Assembly: GCA_010093705.1 (NCBI GenBank)
Contig: MU006089.1
Location: 1,366,455-1,430,454 of the forward strand
Direction: 5' to 3'
Source of the DNA: Patellaria atrata CBS 101060
Lineage: Eukaryota
DNA length: 64,000 bases
The position numbers were made by a program, and so were the translations under genes. Within the stretch, counting starts at the first letter, position 1, and every line of letters begins with the position of its first letter. Of this stretch, positions 52,341 through 64,000 are shown one piece after another. A model generated the notes under the pieces. That model ran no database searches and was not told the DNA's origin. It was given only the letters and a program-made list of their open reading frames with translations.

Positions 52341-53915
52341 GAACTAGAGAATGAATGACGGATAGAAAAATAATACACCATAACGGATGATTGCTTGCAA
52401 CGGGAAAAAACCAAAGGTCAACCAGGGATTTTAGCTAATGTACTTATATGAGGCTCTTCACAGGATCCCAAAGGGCATCTTTAAGTGTAGGGAACAGTTG
52501 CTTACCCGTGAAGACTACAGCGGTGCCGGATTGCGGCACAGTGTCACCGCTTCTAGAGAGGAAACGCATGACTTACTAAGGCTGTGTGAGCTCGAGCAGG
52601 GAAAGCCAATAACCCTCGATAGAATCTTGCTACTTGACATCGTTGCCATCATGGCCGTGAATACCTGCGCCTACGGCGGCTGACACCCGTGCCGCACTGC
52701 TACCTGGTCGTATGCGTCGTCTTTACGGAGTACGTGCTTAGGACCAAAAAGTGAGGTTTTAAATGAAATGCAATCTGCTCCAAGTAGTATATATCCATAC
52801 GGCGAAAATGATGTCGGAATCAAGCCTTTTTAATTGGTGAAGCGGGAGCGAGAGTCCTCCGGAAAGAACTTAGCCACAGGTTTTTTGAAAAATACAAAAG
52901 TAATAAGTGAATGACCTGGAGGCCTCAATCGGTATGCTCTGAAATAAACCCTTCAGTTTCTGCTTGGGCGTGCTGGGTTCCCGTCATCTCATACTCTTAC
53001 TGTAGGTTAGAACTACCCGGAGGCTCTCCTTACACAAGAATGCCGGATCTCAGAACATTGACTTACTACCATGATGGGTCGTCCATATTTCATGTACCGT
53101 CCAATGCATTTTTTGAGGACAAGGTCCGGCGTCTAATTTTATCGGTTTGCAGACTGTAAAGGACACTTCACGTTGTGCACCATATGATGTCCTTGCATTT
53201 CGGACCCATGTGAACTGGTAGGCATAACTGGTGTAGAATTAAGCCCATATTTATACTGACGTTGTCAATTGAATTCAAGAGAAGGACAATTAGGTTGTTT
53301 TAAGGTAGAGAGCACGCTAGAACTAAAGTAGAACTAGTACCTCCCGTAAGCTAAGGTAGAACCAGGTAGCTGACCTTTTATTTTAAGATATTGACTGCGC
53401 AGTATCATAAGGTATAGAGACTGTGAGGTAACTGAGGTACCTTAAGCGGTAAGATAAGATAGTTCTAGTGTATGGAATACAGTACGTACCCCTTTTACCT
53501 AGGTTGTACTCACTGACTCTACCTTAGCACTACGTCATACTCCTCCTCACAGCCAGCAGCTTCTGTACAGTATCACAAGGTACAAACACCAGAAAAGGTC
53601 AGGTATGAACTCCACAATACTCCGTCCCTCATGCGGGCTTTATTAATTTTATAGAACTAACGGCGATCGTACAGTAGATCCCACACCAGAAACGGAAGGT
53701 CACATCATCAGTCAACCTACGACGATTGATGAACAGGGAGGGGAGCGTGGAGGAACCGGAGGAGCTGGAGGAACCGCTTCCCAGATCTCCCTAAGGTACC
53801 CTACTCACCATCACATCACGTAAGGTAGCTGAAGGTTTCAAGCCTATTTTATATGCAGTAGAATCATCACGAAGTACTCTTTACCCTCTATGTCTGTTTC
53901 ATTGATACCATAAAC

Positions 53916-56900
53916 ATGTCTTATCAAACTTTTGGATGGCTAGCCGTCGGACTTGCTAGCTCTCTGCCAGCGACACATGCTCAACACGATTTCACGCAGT
54001 ATGTGAATCCATTCTTAGGATCTGAGGGAGTAATTCCTGGTCAAGCATGTAATAATTGCCTCTCTACTGCCTACTTCTCACCATCTTGGTTCATTCATCG
54101 CTGATGTTTAATAGTTGGTGGAGGAGACATCTTCGTTGGCGCTGCTCTTCCATTTGGTGTCGTCAAACTGGGCATTGATACTTATGAGTTTCCTACTAAC
54201 ATCAGCACACTGAATGGTGGATACACCCCTAAAGGAAAGGTCACGGGAATTAGCATGCTTCATGAGTCCGGTTAGGCGCACACCTATTCATCGAACCTCA
54301 GACTTAATGCTTAAGAATCTCGCTAGGCACGGGGGGTGCACCTAAATACGGCTTCCCAGCTCAGATGCCCCTGACTACGATTGAAGCTCCCGTAAATTTA
54401 TTAGACAACGAGACATACTGGCAAGGGCGTGTGAGTACCGAACAAATGCTATGATTTCGATCGCTCATTTTACGCCAGGTTGGGTACGATGTAGCCAGCG
54501 TTGGTTATTTTAAAACCAACCTTGAGAGTGGAATTACAGTGGAACTCTCAGCTAGTCGACATGCTGGCATACTAGAGTACACATTTCCAGAAGGTGAAAA
54601 GCATATCTTAGTCGATACATCACATGTTAGTCTGTGATGTGTGAACCTCGACTCGGGTTATATCGTTGATCAATGTTCAGTATCTTCCGTACCCAAATAG
54701 AGCGTACGACTCTCAGTTTTATACCGGCGGGGAGCTTGAGATACTCCAAAATGGGAGTTTATACACAGGATACAGTAGCATTGCAAATGGTTGGAATTTA
54801 GGCATGATGGACTCTAAACACGCTCGCCGCACTAGACTCTAATTCACTAAGGTACCCCTGTTATCATCTATTTCTGCGGAGAGTTTGATAGCGTCCCCAA
54901 TGATGCGGAGGCTTTTACTGGACGAAATACGTTTCCAGTTGGCAGGCACTTTCGAAGTTTCAATAATGGAACGGTTCCAAACCCCATATTCGAGGGCACA
55001 ACTGCACGCTCGGGACCTCTAAGTAATCGAGTCGGTGCTGTCTTTAGCTGGAACAATTCATCATCCGTAAAGATTAGATCCCGCATAGGCGTCTCTTTCA
55101 TCTCAACAGAGCATGCATGCGCTTTCAAAAACGATGAAATTCCATCGTGGGAAATAAGTCCCGTAGTCCAGGCCGCTAGGGATGAATGGAATAGGGATGT
55201 CTTCTCGAAAATTCAAGTTCCTGTTGATGAATCAGCCAACAGGACAAGACTGGCGATGCTCTATTCATCTTTATACTTTTCACACCTCATTCCGTCAAAG
55301 AGGGACGGGGAGAATCCCCTCTGGCAATCCGATGAGCCATCCTGGGACGACTTCTTTACTATGTGTAAGTGCTCGTTCCGTTGTTGTAACCTTCTTATGC
55401 TTAATTTGTATCCAGGGGATCTGTTCAGGAACCAAGTCGCGCTGTGGCTTCTCATACAGCCAGCGTATTATGAGGAAATGATTCGGTCATTGATAGACAT
55501 ATGGAGGTATATACTGTTCTCATAGACTTTAAAAACCTAAACTCATACACAGTGACTGATCAAATCGTGAAGACATGAAGGATATTTACCGGATGGTCGC
55601 AGTGGAAACTATAACGGACTCGTCCAAGGTGGTTCGAATGCAGATAATGTAAGGATACAAAACCCCTGGTGTTTTTCATTCTTGCCCTAACGGGCGTATA
55701 GGTACTGGCAGATGCATATGTCAAAGGCTTACGTGGTGCCATCAATTGGACGGACGGATATCTGGCCGTGAAAAAAGATGCTGAAGTACTTCCTTATTTT
55801 GACTTCAACCCAGTTGCTCCACTAGGAAGTTTAAAGGAAGGACGAGGTGCCTTGGATGACTGGATACCACTGGGCTACGTTTCAGCAGATCGCAACCACT
55901 TGTGTGTTTCCAAATCCGTGGAGTATGCATTGAATGATTTCTCCGTCAGTCAAATCGCGGCAGGTGAGATGCCTGGTGATCAAGATATCTACATGAAGCG
56001 ATCCGCTGGGTGGCAACTTATCTGGAACCACGACGCTGTTGTAAGAAACTTCAAGGGGTCCCTTGCTCCTAGATTTTCAAACGGGACTTTTGATGAAACC
56101 TATGATTTGACACAGTGTGGTGATTGCAACTGGGCTGATTATTCCTATGAGGCTACACCTTTCGGTATGTTTCTTCTGTATATGCTGACAAAATCTTGCA
56201 ACATTGAAATATTAACCGGTTGTGGTAGAATATTCCTTTGTTGTGCCTCATGATATGGAGAACCTGATTCAGTTCATGGGTGGAGTTTCCCATTTCGAAG
56301 ATCGTCTAGACTATATTTTCCAGCCCAACACCAGCAATGCGGAGCTCGGTGCTAACGGGCTAGGAATCACCTCAATAATGAATATTGGGTATTCAAGTTA
56401 CATCCCCAAGCCGAATTATACTAACACCTGGAAGTAACGAACCCGACTTTGCTACTCCCTACCTTTACAACTACATAAACAAGCAGTATAAGAGTGTTCA
56501 ACGTTCTCGCTCGCTTGGCTACCAATACTTCTCCAATACTACAAATGGCATCCCAGGAAATTCTGACGCCGGAGCACTGAACACCTGGCTCGTCTGGCAA
56601 ATGCTCGGTCTCTATCCCATAGTAACCACGCCAGTATATCTCCTCCAGTCCCCCTGGTTCCCGGATATTAATCTCACCGTAAACCATAATCACACGTTAC
56701 GAATTCGGGCTTCGGGACTGGATGATAGCGATGGTAGGCAAGGATATTATGTCCAGAGCGTGGAAATCAATGGTCAGCCGTGGACGAAGAACTGGTTTCA
56801 ACACAGCGATCTAGATATCATGACTAGAGGCGGTGAAATCGCTTTCGAGCTGGGACCAGAGATGACAATGTGGGAGACAGGGGAAGTACCACCAAGTCCA

Positions 56901-56939
56901 GGACATGTTGTTCTAGGGGATAGTACGGGTGGATTTTAA
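53916..56939 (+). CDS. Secreted GH92 alpha-1,2-mannosidase-like protein (multi-exon)
   Basis: Signal peptide, YVNPFLGS, PFGVVKLG, HESGTGGAPKYG, LPDGRSGN..QGGSNAD, VSKSVEYALNDF, NEPDFATPYLY, PGNSDAGALNTW. Confidence 0.92.
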
Positions 56940-57174
56940 TGTCTTGCAGCTATTGCAGAATATCTTTGTACAAGTACAACCTTTCTCTCAAGATTAATTA
57001 CGCATCAAGCCGATAAAAAACCTCTTGGCCATTCTCATAGCAAGCAATTGATATACCGTACAATGTGTGAAGCGCGGAACACCACGCTATATAAATGGTC
57101 CCATTGAAAAGCCCATTGATGACAAGAAACAATCATCAATATGAGGATGAAGTGAGGAATCAACGAAAAATATC

Positions 57175-57999
57175 TTACCGTTTCCGGCCTGCTCCAGTCA
57201 CACTAGCTGGCACCATCCCACCCAATTCCGTAAGTTCTTTTTCCAGCTCCCCCTTCCTCCGTAGCTCTTTCTCCAACAGCTCTTGTACCTCTAACTCAGC
57301 CTTACGTAGCTGTTCTATGATATGATTTTCCATCTGCTTAGAATAAGGATTCCCTGGTGTGGGATTATCCGGCAGCTCCATCGTCTTCTCAAACCCTATG
57401 CCAACGTCAAAAGGGGACATCTTGCCACCACCGTGCGACTTACCACCCTTGTTCACCCCCCGAGTCGACGATGTTGCTTTGCTGGAGACGTTTTTAGCCT
57501 CAAGGTAGTCCCACTGACTCTCATCCGTCAGAGCATCCCATAACGCCTCGGTTGGCTCGTTAAATTCTATAAACTCGACGAGCTCACTGCGAACCATATT
57601 CGCCTCTTCCTGGACCTTTCGTTCCGCTTCCGTCCCAAAACGCTCAAGCTGGAGATAGTGTTGTCTGTACTGCGCTTTCTCGGACGAGTAAGGTTGAAAG
57701 ATTAGCCGGATATCGACGTTGAAACCTCCCCATCCGGTCTCGTTGACTTCAAAGGGTTCTTGTTCGATCGTGCGGTTTGGATTAGGGTATGTTTGGAAAA
57801 TCTTGAATGAGACTTTGGACAGCCAGGCCGAAAGACAGGGATCGCCAGGAAAGGGCCGCACATAGACCCGCCACCCGTTCGTGTGGTCTGCTGGAGTGTT
57901 TGGAGGACGATTGGTAGAATCGAGACGCCACGCTTCGGAGCCTATGATAAAGCGACGGGTTATGCGCTTATTTTTCACTCGTTTGGTGCCGGCGGCCAT
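57175..57999 (-). CDS. YAF9: YEATS-domain protein Yaf9 (NuA4/SWR1 subunit)
   Basis: KRVK..FIIGSEA, HTNGWRVYVR, KVSFKI, PFEVNETGWGGF, IEFNEPTE, C-terminal coiled coil. Confidence 0.85.
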   Translation of the reverse strand: MAAGTKRVKNKRITRRFIIGSEAWRLDSTNRPPNTPADHTNGWRVYVRPFPGDPCLSAWLSKVSFKIFQTYPNPNRTIEQEPFEVNETGWGGFNVDIRLIFQPYSSEKAQYRQHYLQLERFGTEAERKVQEEANMVRSELVEFIEFNEPTEALWDALTDESQWDYLEAKNVSSKATSSTRGVNKGGKSHGGGKMSPFDVGIGFEKTMELPDNPTPGNPYSKQMENHIIEQLRKAELEVQELLEKELRRKGELEKELTELGGMVPASVTGAGRKR

Positions 58000-58882
58000 T
58001 GCTTGTGGCTTTCTTCGGAATGGTGCAAAATTGTATGTAGAGTAGAGTCCGTGGCACGCCGGCGATAGCTTGTATAAATTATCACGAATGTGGGTATGGT
58101 ATGGGTCGCGCAATATATCTTGTTTTATCGATTGGTGGTTTGAAGCTGGAATGACATCTCTTTGCTTTTAATAGGACCTTTTGATTCTATATCCGTTGGT
58201 ATGATCCCCTGGTCATCAGCCCCATTCGTTGCTTCGGAATCTTCCTTTGGTGACCACAAACCGAATCCTCGATACGGATGTCTGCCTCTCTCTAGGTATG
58301 TGCCCCTCTCGTACCGACAGGACAGTCTTTTCCGATTTCGGAACCCTGCGTTTAATGTTGCTTCAAATTATACGTCCTTTCTCTTATTGTCTGTTTGGCG
58401 TTTGGCAAAGCGGATACGTCCTCTGTTTGAATGGGTCCTTGACAGCAATCATTCAGTATGAAATTTCTTCCGCTCGACGTTCTCCTAGTCAGTTCAAGAG
58501 CTTGGGTTTCAGAAATGGAGTTGGATGTCTGTAGTTAAGGTGCACCGTATGCTTGCGGGCTCAAGGAATGCGTAGTATGTGAGTTGAACGAATCAAGACA
58601 GATGTGTGAATGTTTGTAGAGGTTGGTTTGAGGATAAGGCTGTTGTATGCTGTTTTGATTGAAGACGCGTCCGGAAGTTAGAGTAGGTACCGTATACTGT
58701 ATCGTATACTGTGCCGTAACTTATACTGTACTGTACGTAACGAATTGAGGCTCTGTGAGGCTTAGCTCACTAGACTAGAACTAGATGCAGCCCTACCCGG
58801 CATTGGAGCTATGACTCCCGTATCCTCGTCATCAATACCTTGCAACGGATTTCCATCACCATCCCGTCACCTCTACAACAAC

Positions 58883-59995
58883 ATGGCCGCTGTAAAAAAG
58901 AGATTAGTCGTTTGTGGTGGCAATGGATTTCTAGGTAAGAGTGTTACTTCTGCATCTGTCTTATATTCTAGCTGAATTGGCTTTGAAATATTGACAACTT
59001 GTCACTATAGGAAGTCGTATATGTAGAGCTGCTGCTGCCAGGGGATGGAATGTCACCTCCATAAGGCACGAAACCTACCTCCATGACCGCCCCTCGTTAT
59101 TCTCATCGTCTTACACGCTTATAGTCGTTCAGGTGAGCCTTCTTGGTCCTCCGTCACATCTTCCCCAGAACCACCACCGTGGTCGAAGAATGTCTCGTGG
59201 GAGAAGGCCAACATCCTTGATCCTCCAACGTACATTCCTCTCCTCGACGGCGCTGATGCAGTCGTACACTCTATGGGAATTCTGCTCGAAGCAGATTACA
59301 AGGGTGTGCTTCAGGGTAAGGAGTCCCCAATCAACGGCCTTCGTCGTGCCTTTAGCGGCGGAAAGAAAGGAAGTCAGAACCCATTAGAACGTAAGCCGGA
59401 TGAACCACTGGTACCACAGGAGGATGACGGTCAACTGACCTACGAAATCATGAATCGAGACTCCGGTATGCACTTTCTTTAAACCGTAACCTTCAAGCCT
59501 CACAGTCCATTTATTCTCCATTCGAATATGTTAATACTTTAACTTGTATGGCTACTGACAAGCTACGTAGCAATTACGCTTGCTCAAGAATCAGCTTCCC
59601 TTAAAGTCCCTACCTTCCTCTATATATCTGCTGCTGGAGGTGCTCCAATCCTTCCTCAACGCTACTTGACCACGAAACGTGCCGCCGAGTCAACCATCTC
59701 CTCCTCGTTCCCGGAGATGCGCAGCATATTCATCAGGCCAGGTTTTCTTTATGACTCCAGCCGCGCCTTCACCATTCCTATGGCTGGTCTAACTGCTCTA
59801 GGTGCGGCCGCAAATACAATCACAGGGGGCATTTTCGGCGAGTTTATGGGCGCAGCTGGTGTGAAGCCTATCAAGGCTGACACAGTGGCAGATGCTGTAG
59901 TAGAAGCCATTGAGGATGCAGCGACAAAGGGTTCGATAGAGACTGAATTGATCGAGGTTCTGGCCAATAGGGCGTGGAGGAGGGGTATGCTCTAA
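58883..59995 (+). CDS. COQ11: NAD(P)-binding atypical SDR, Coq11/YLR290C-like (multi-exon)
   Basis: LVVCGGNGFLG|SRIC, SRSGEP, VVHSMGILLEADYK, TYEIMNRDS, YISAAGG..RYLTTKRAAE, IRPGFLYDSSR. Confidence 0.8.
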
Positions 59996-60708
59996 AAGTC
60001 AAGTCTATGGAGTAGGAAGTGTACATATTATAGAAATAAGTATAATCTCCGTTCAGCATGGCATACCCTTCTCGTTAAAGCAACCTGCTCCAAACGAAGA
60101 GAATCTCTCATTGCGACAAACACTGGAACCGAACTACTACAGCAAGCATTAAGTTCTTGCTCCACAGGGCATTATTTATCAGTTCGGTTTACCAGGTACT
60201 GTGGAAGTACCATTCAATGACTATTCTTAGAAGGGATTCCAATTTCTCCGTACGCAGTGAGCTACTTCAAAACACAACTGAAAGATGCACAGAGGGCTAA
60301 CTATACCTCCCTTGTAGGGTAGGTGAGCCCCTAGGTCTAAATTTTCGCCAGTACAGCACGCACATAATGACCCCGGGAATGCGAAAGGAGAGGGAAGTAT
60401 TACTTTTTAGTGTAATACTTCGCCGCAGCGCTACCATTGTCTTCTATATGGCGAGAGCCATATCTTACTATACGCTTAGAGCCGTGGAAGAGCGCCGACC
60501 CAGTTGGTCAGTACTTATAAATGAGAATTCTGCATGGCGTCGCATCTAGTAATATGTCGATAAGTGTTATGTGGACAGGATAAGAGAATGAGATTGATTG
60601 GGGCATGTTGTGCAACGGAAGAGAAAGCTTTGGAAAAAGAAATCAAGTTTATTGATTTACAGTGAATTTAGCATAATATGGACCTTCAGACATATGCTCA
60701 CGACGCGC

Positions 60709-62736
60709 CTATGATCGGGATAATGATGGACCAAGTGATTTCATGATTCTCTCTCTCCGCTGCTGCCTCTTCTGAGTCCATGCTATGTGAGGTGTTTCGG
60801 TATAACCAAGTGCTTGTCGGACAGTAACCTGTGACGATTCTCGCCAACCACGCCAACTGTTGTTCTCCAGCCCCTGAGCCCACTTCTCAATATTAAAACA
60901 CAGCTGTACTCCGTTGATAGGACGATAGATTCTCACGTTTCCCCACAGAAATATGCACAACTCCTTTCTATGCTCTCCCGACAATGCCAATAGTCGTTGC
61001 GGTACGTGGAACAAGCCGCCGGGCCAGAACTTCTCAATACGGTCGACCATGGTTTCGAGCTCTAAGTGTATGTTTGCGTTCGCGCGGCGGTCCAGCAGCG
61101 CCGTGGCCTTCAGTGGGCCGTACAGGATCCAGAGCCGCGTGCGAACTGTTCGCTTCACGAACTCAACGTCAATTGGAACGCCATGGTCGCCAAGAAGACA
61201 CACAAGACGGAGCCCTCGATCGAAGTTATCAAGGAATACGTCCGGTCGCGGCCCGTTCGCTGCGTGAATGAAACCCCAGGAAACTATTGCCCCTTGAAGG
61301 CAACGAGAAAAAAGTACTTCGTAAGGATTACGCCAATTAGCAGCAACACATGGAGTTTTGAACGTATGTGGAAACGTAGTCGTTTGGGTGGAATGTGGTA
61401 GAGGAAATTTTTTCAAAGAGCTGGGTCCGTATGCTTTAACGAGAAAAAGCAAGAGCGCTTCGAGTTCCTTGAAACGCCAGGATTGGCCCAAACGTCGGAT
61501 GAGTTCTCTCCAGCGAAATGGCGCTATTTTTGTTTGTCTCGTCGTGATGTTTTTGAACATGCTAATGACAAAAGATAGATCGTCTTCAGCATATGTACTA
61601 GGTGTTCCTGGACCTGAAGTCTGAGCTCTCATACCCTGCACTCTAGGCCTCAATTGGTACCTGAAGATACTATTTAATGACGGGGAGGCGACCCACACGT
61701 TGTTCGCAACCATAGCGTCCACCGTCCCTCTCAGCCTAGAGAGGTCTGAAGCTCGGCTATAATGCTGCAAGAGTAAATTCCAGGACAGATAGTTCCCCCT
61801 TGGATCTCTCAGCGCCAGGATAGACAAAGTAAGGTGGACATTCGCCCAGTCCTTCGCTTCAAGATACTGATCTAGCAAGCGGGATTGCAAATTCGAATCC
61901 TCCCAGTTGTCCGGGTGCTGATCACTAGCAAGTAGATATTGAAGTACGGTCCAATCCTCCGCCGCAAAGCGCTCGACGGCTTTATTGAACATACAGGGTT
62001 GCGAATAGATCTTAAACTCCTGTAAATGGTTTAATCGTTGAGCGAGGCCTTCACGAGATTCAACACGAGCAGCTATTTCTCGCATTGCAAGAGGTCCTAT
62101 CTCTTCTATACCAATCATTGCCAGTCCCTGTGTGATGGTTTCGAACGAGATGGCCGAAGTGGCAAATAATCTAGCGCAAAGGGAGTCATTCAATTGCCGC
62201 TTAGGTGTGACCGAGTGGACTTTTCCAAGTCCTCTAATAACTGCTTCGCGCAACTTAGTCGGATAAAACCGTACCTTCGGAGATAGGGGAGCAGAATCTG
62301 TGTCTTTTTTGAAACCCGGAGTTGAGACGATCCTTTCCTTACGGGACTTACGCGAAGTTGGTGTCCTACGTCCCCCTTCTGCTGAGTGGAAAGGAGCTTC
62401 ACGATTCCATCTAGCGCTACTTGTCTTCAACGATCTATTAAATTTTTTTCGACCCCTTCCCAGCTCATTCGTGGAGATAGATCCCAACGACAGATCCGCC
62501 TCGATGTGGTCTCTTCCTTCTCTCCCCTGCACTCTAGTACGTGTGTCTAGTCCGTCATGATTCTCTGTTAAGATAGTTGCAGTGGAAAAGGTCTGTTTCC
62601 ATGAATGAAAAGCGTCGCAAAACCATAAAGGCGAGGGAGTAGCTGGATCGTGGGATGATGATGACGATATTACAAGTCTTCGTAATGCCCTTACTGCCAG
62701 TGGTCTGGCGAGGAGCCTATCCAGAGCTGTTCGCAT
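60709..62736 (-). CDS. Probable mitochondrial PPR-like / helical-repeat protein
   Basis: 675-aa intronless ORF with presequence-like start (MRTALDRLLARPLAVRALRRL) and segments CARLFAT, IGPLAMRE, SDQHPD, WRELIRRLG, AIVSWGF. Family call is from memory. Confidence 0.65.
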   Translation of the reverse strand: MRTALDRLLARPLAVRALRRLVISSSSSHDPATPSPLWFCDAFHSWKQTFSTATILTENHDGLDTRTRVQGREGRDHIEADLSLGSISTNELGRGRKKFNRSLKTSSARWNREAPFHSAEGGRRTPTSRKSRKERIVSTPGFKKDTDSAPLSPKVRFYPTKLREAVIRGLGKVHSVTPKRQLNDSLCARLFATSAISFETITQGLAMIGIEEIGPLAMREIAARVESREGLAQRLNHLQEFKIYSQPCMFNKAVERFAAEDWTVLQYLLASDQHPDNWEDSNLQSRLLDQYLEAKDWANVHLTLSILALRDPRGNYLSWNLLLQHYSRASDLSRLRGTVDAMVANNVWVASPSLNSIFRYQLRPRVQGMRAQTSGPGTPSTYAEDDLSFVISMFKNITTRQTKIAPFRWRELIRRLGQSWRFKELEALLLFLVKAYGPSSLKKFPLPHSTQTTTFPHTFKTPCVAANWRNPYEVLFSRCLQGAIVSWGFIHAANGPRPDVFLDNFDRGLRLVCLLGDHGVPIDVEFVKRTVRTRLWILYGPLKATALLDRRANANIHLELETMVDRIEKFWPGGLFHVPQRLLALSGEHRKELCIFLWGNVRIYRPINGVQLCFNIEKWAQGLENNSWRGWRESSQVTVRQALGYTETPHIAWTQKRQQRRERIMKSLGPSLSRS

Positions 62737-63098
62737 CAATTTGAAGTTCGGGATAGAGTGAAACCATGCATGGCCTTTGTGTTGGATATTAATAGCAAGT
62801 GATGGGAGGGCAGATTACGCATTGAGATCGGCTGTAAGCACTTATATTTGTGCGAGGATAGTTATTAAAAGGAGTGTAAGTTAATGGTCATAAGTAGTAT
62901 GGGCATTCATAGTTTCTTGAAAGTAGCGGAGGTTAGATATTTAGATACCTCGCTGCCAAGCACGCGGTTCTTCCCGGTCGAACGACCAACCTCACGACCT
63001 CAAACAATCGAACCTACAGTAAGTAACTCATCAATTACAAAACCCTCTCTCCTCTCCAATCCACCTCACACACATACTCAATCCATCTTGAATACACA

Positions 63099-63723
63099 AT
63101 GGCGCAAAAATGGGGGTAAGTGACATATGTCTGAATCCAATCCCATATTGAAGGAGCTTCGTCGAGCTCCATTCCGTACCGTAGCTCTCTCCGCTCTTTG
63201 CAAACCAACACTGAACCGCACGATACAGTTTCGTCAACCGCCCCAATCGCGTACCCGAATATCAACGTATGTTCCAAGCTCATGATGGCAAGCGACAATG
63301 GGTTCAGGTGCGTCGCTATACACGATCCATTTCCACAACCAAACTCCGCCCGCTCGTACACTCCTAGATTACTCAAGCTCGTTGGTTGCTTCATAATTAC
63401 AACACTACTAAAGGGATTCATAGACTCCTCGAAGCAAGTTCATGCTCTACCCGTATTATGTCATCCTATGGGGAGGCTTTGCTGGTATGCTTCCCATTAC
63501 TTCCTCGACATTTCGCACTAGCACCATCTTCCTTCCTCCTGAAATACGCAGATACTAATCCTTTAATCTCCACCTCAGGCTCGATGTATATGATGGGTCG
63601 CATGACTTTGGTATGGCTCCGGAACGTCCAGTCGCTTCTTGGCAGTTTATATCGGGGTCAAGACTGTTCAAGTTCCGCTAATCAGTCAAATAGGGCCATA
63701 AGACCTGGTTCGGTCAAGGTTAG
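63099..63723 (+). CDS. COX7: Cytochrome c oxidase subunit VII-like small protein (five exons; absent from the ORF track)
   Basis: Exons 63099-63115, 63229-63307, 63424-63484, 63579-63610 and 63694-63723, all GT-AG, give MAQKWGFVNRPNRVPEYQRMFQAHDGKRQWVQTPRSKFMLYPYYVILWGGFAGSMYMMGRMTLGHKTWFGQG*. Confidence 0.8.
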
Positions 63724-64000
63724 AGCGTGTCAATTCAATTCGGAGATTTTTCATTTGTGTCTCTATTATCGGATGGAAGATATCGTTTACCATCGACACC
63801 TGTACAGAAAGATTTCATCTTATACAAGGGATCATTCATCCCCGGCCACAACCTTCCAAACTTGTCCCAGTGAACTTTTGAACCTATGCAAGGATATATC
63901 ATGTTTACTGTGAACCGATTCCAATGACGAATTTTCCTAAAAAACCGACTACGACAACGCAAACGCATTGAACTACTGTATTAATCCCTACTTCTAACTT

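Noticed and set aside
1..64000. tRNA, rRNA or snoRNA genes
   Set aside because: None recognised by eye; tRNAscan-SE/Infernal would be needed to exclude them.

Overview
Genomic DNA of a filamentous ascomycete (intron-rich genes, pseudogenes decayed mostly by C-to-T/G-to-A changes). The left ~38 kb looks accessory. It holds decayed genes (DUF6594-like, A1 aspartic protease-like, two GH43 relics), a solo LTR, a divergent secreted intradiol dioxygenase/tyrosinase pair beside a Zn2Cys6 regulator, and an intact GH43. It also holds a compact, apparently complete seven-gene highly reducing polyketide cluster (16930-38306): MFS, P450, BBE-like FAD oxidase, SDR, alpha/beta-hydrolase, HR-PKS and a basic-region/ankyrin (ToxE-type) regulator. 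The right part is mostly conserved housekeeping genes (MCC alpha, Cdc37, Mdl1-like ABC, Yaf9, Coq11-like, PPR-like, a five-exon Cox7-like gene missed by the ORF track). It is interrupted at ~49-57 kb by a second copy of the solo LTR, a RING-finger pseudogene and a GH92. Best candidates for undescribed systems are the PKS cluster with its ankyrin regulator and the dioxygenase-tyrosinase-TF module with a duplicated CGG-N4-CGG promoter element. All family calls come from motif recognition by eye; no searches were run.
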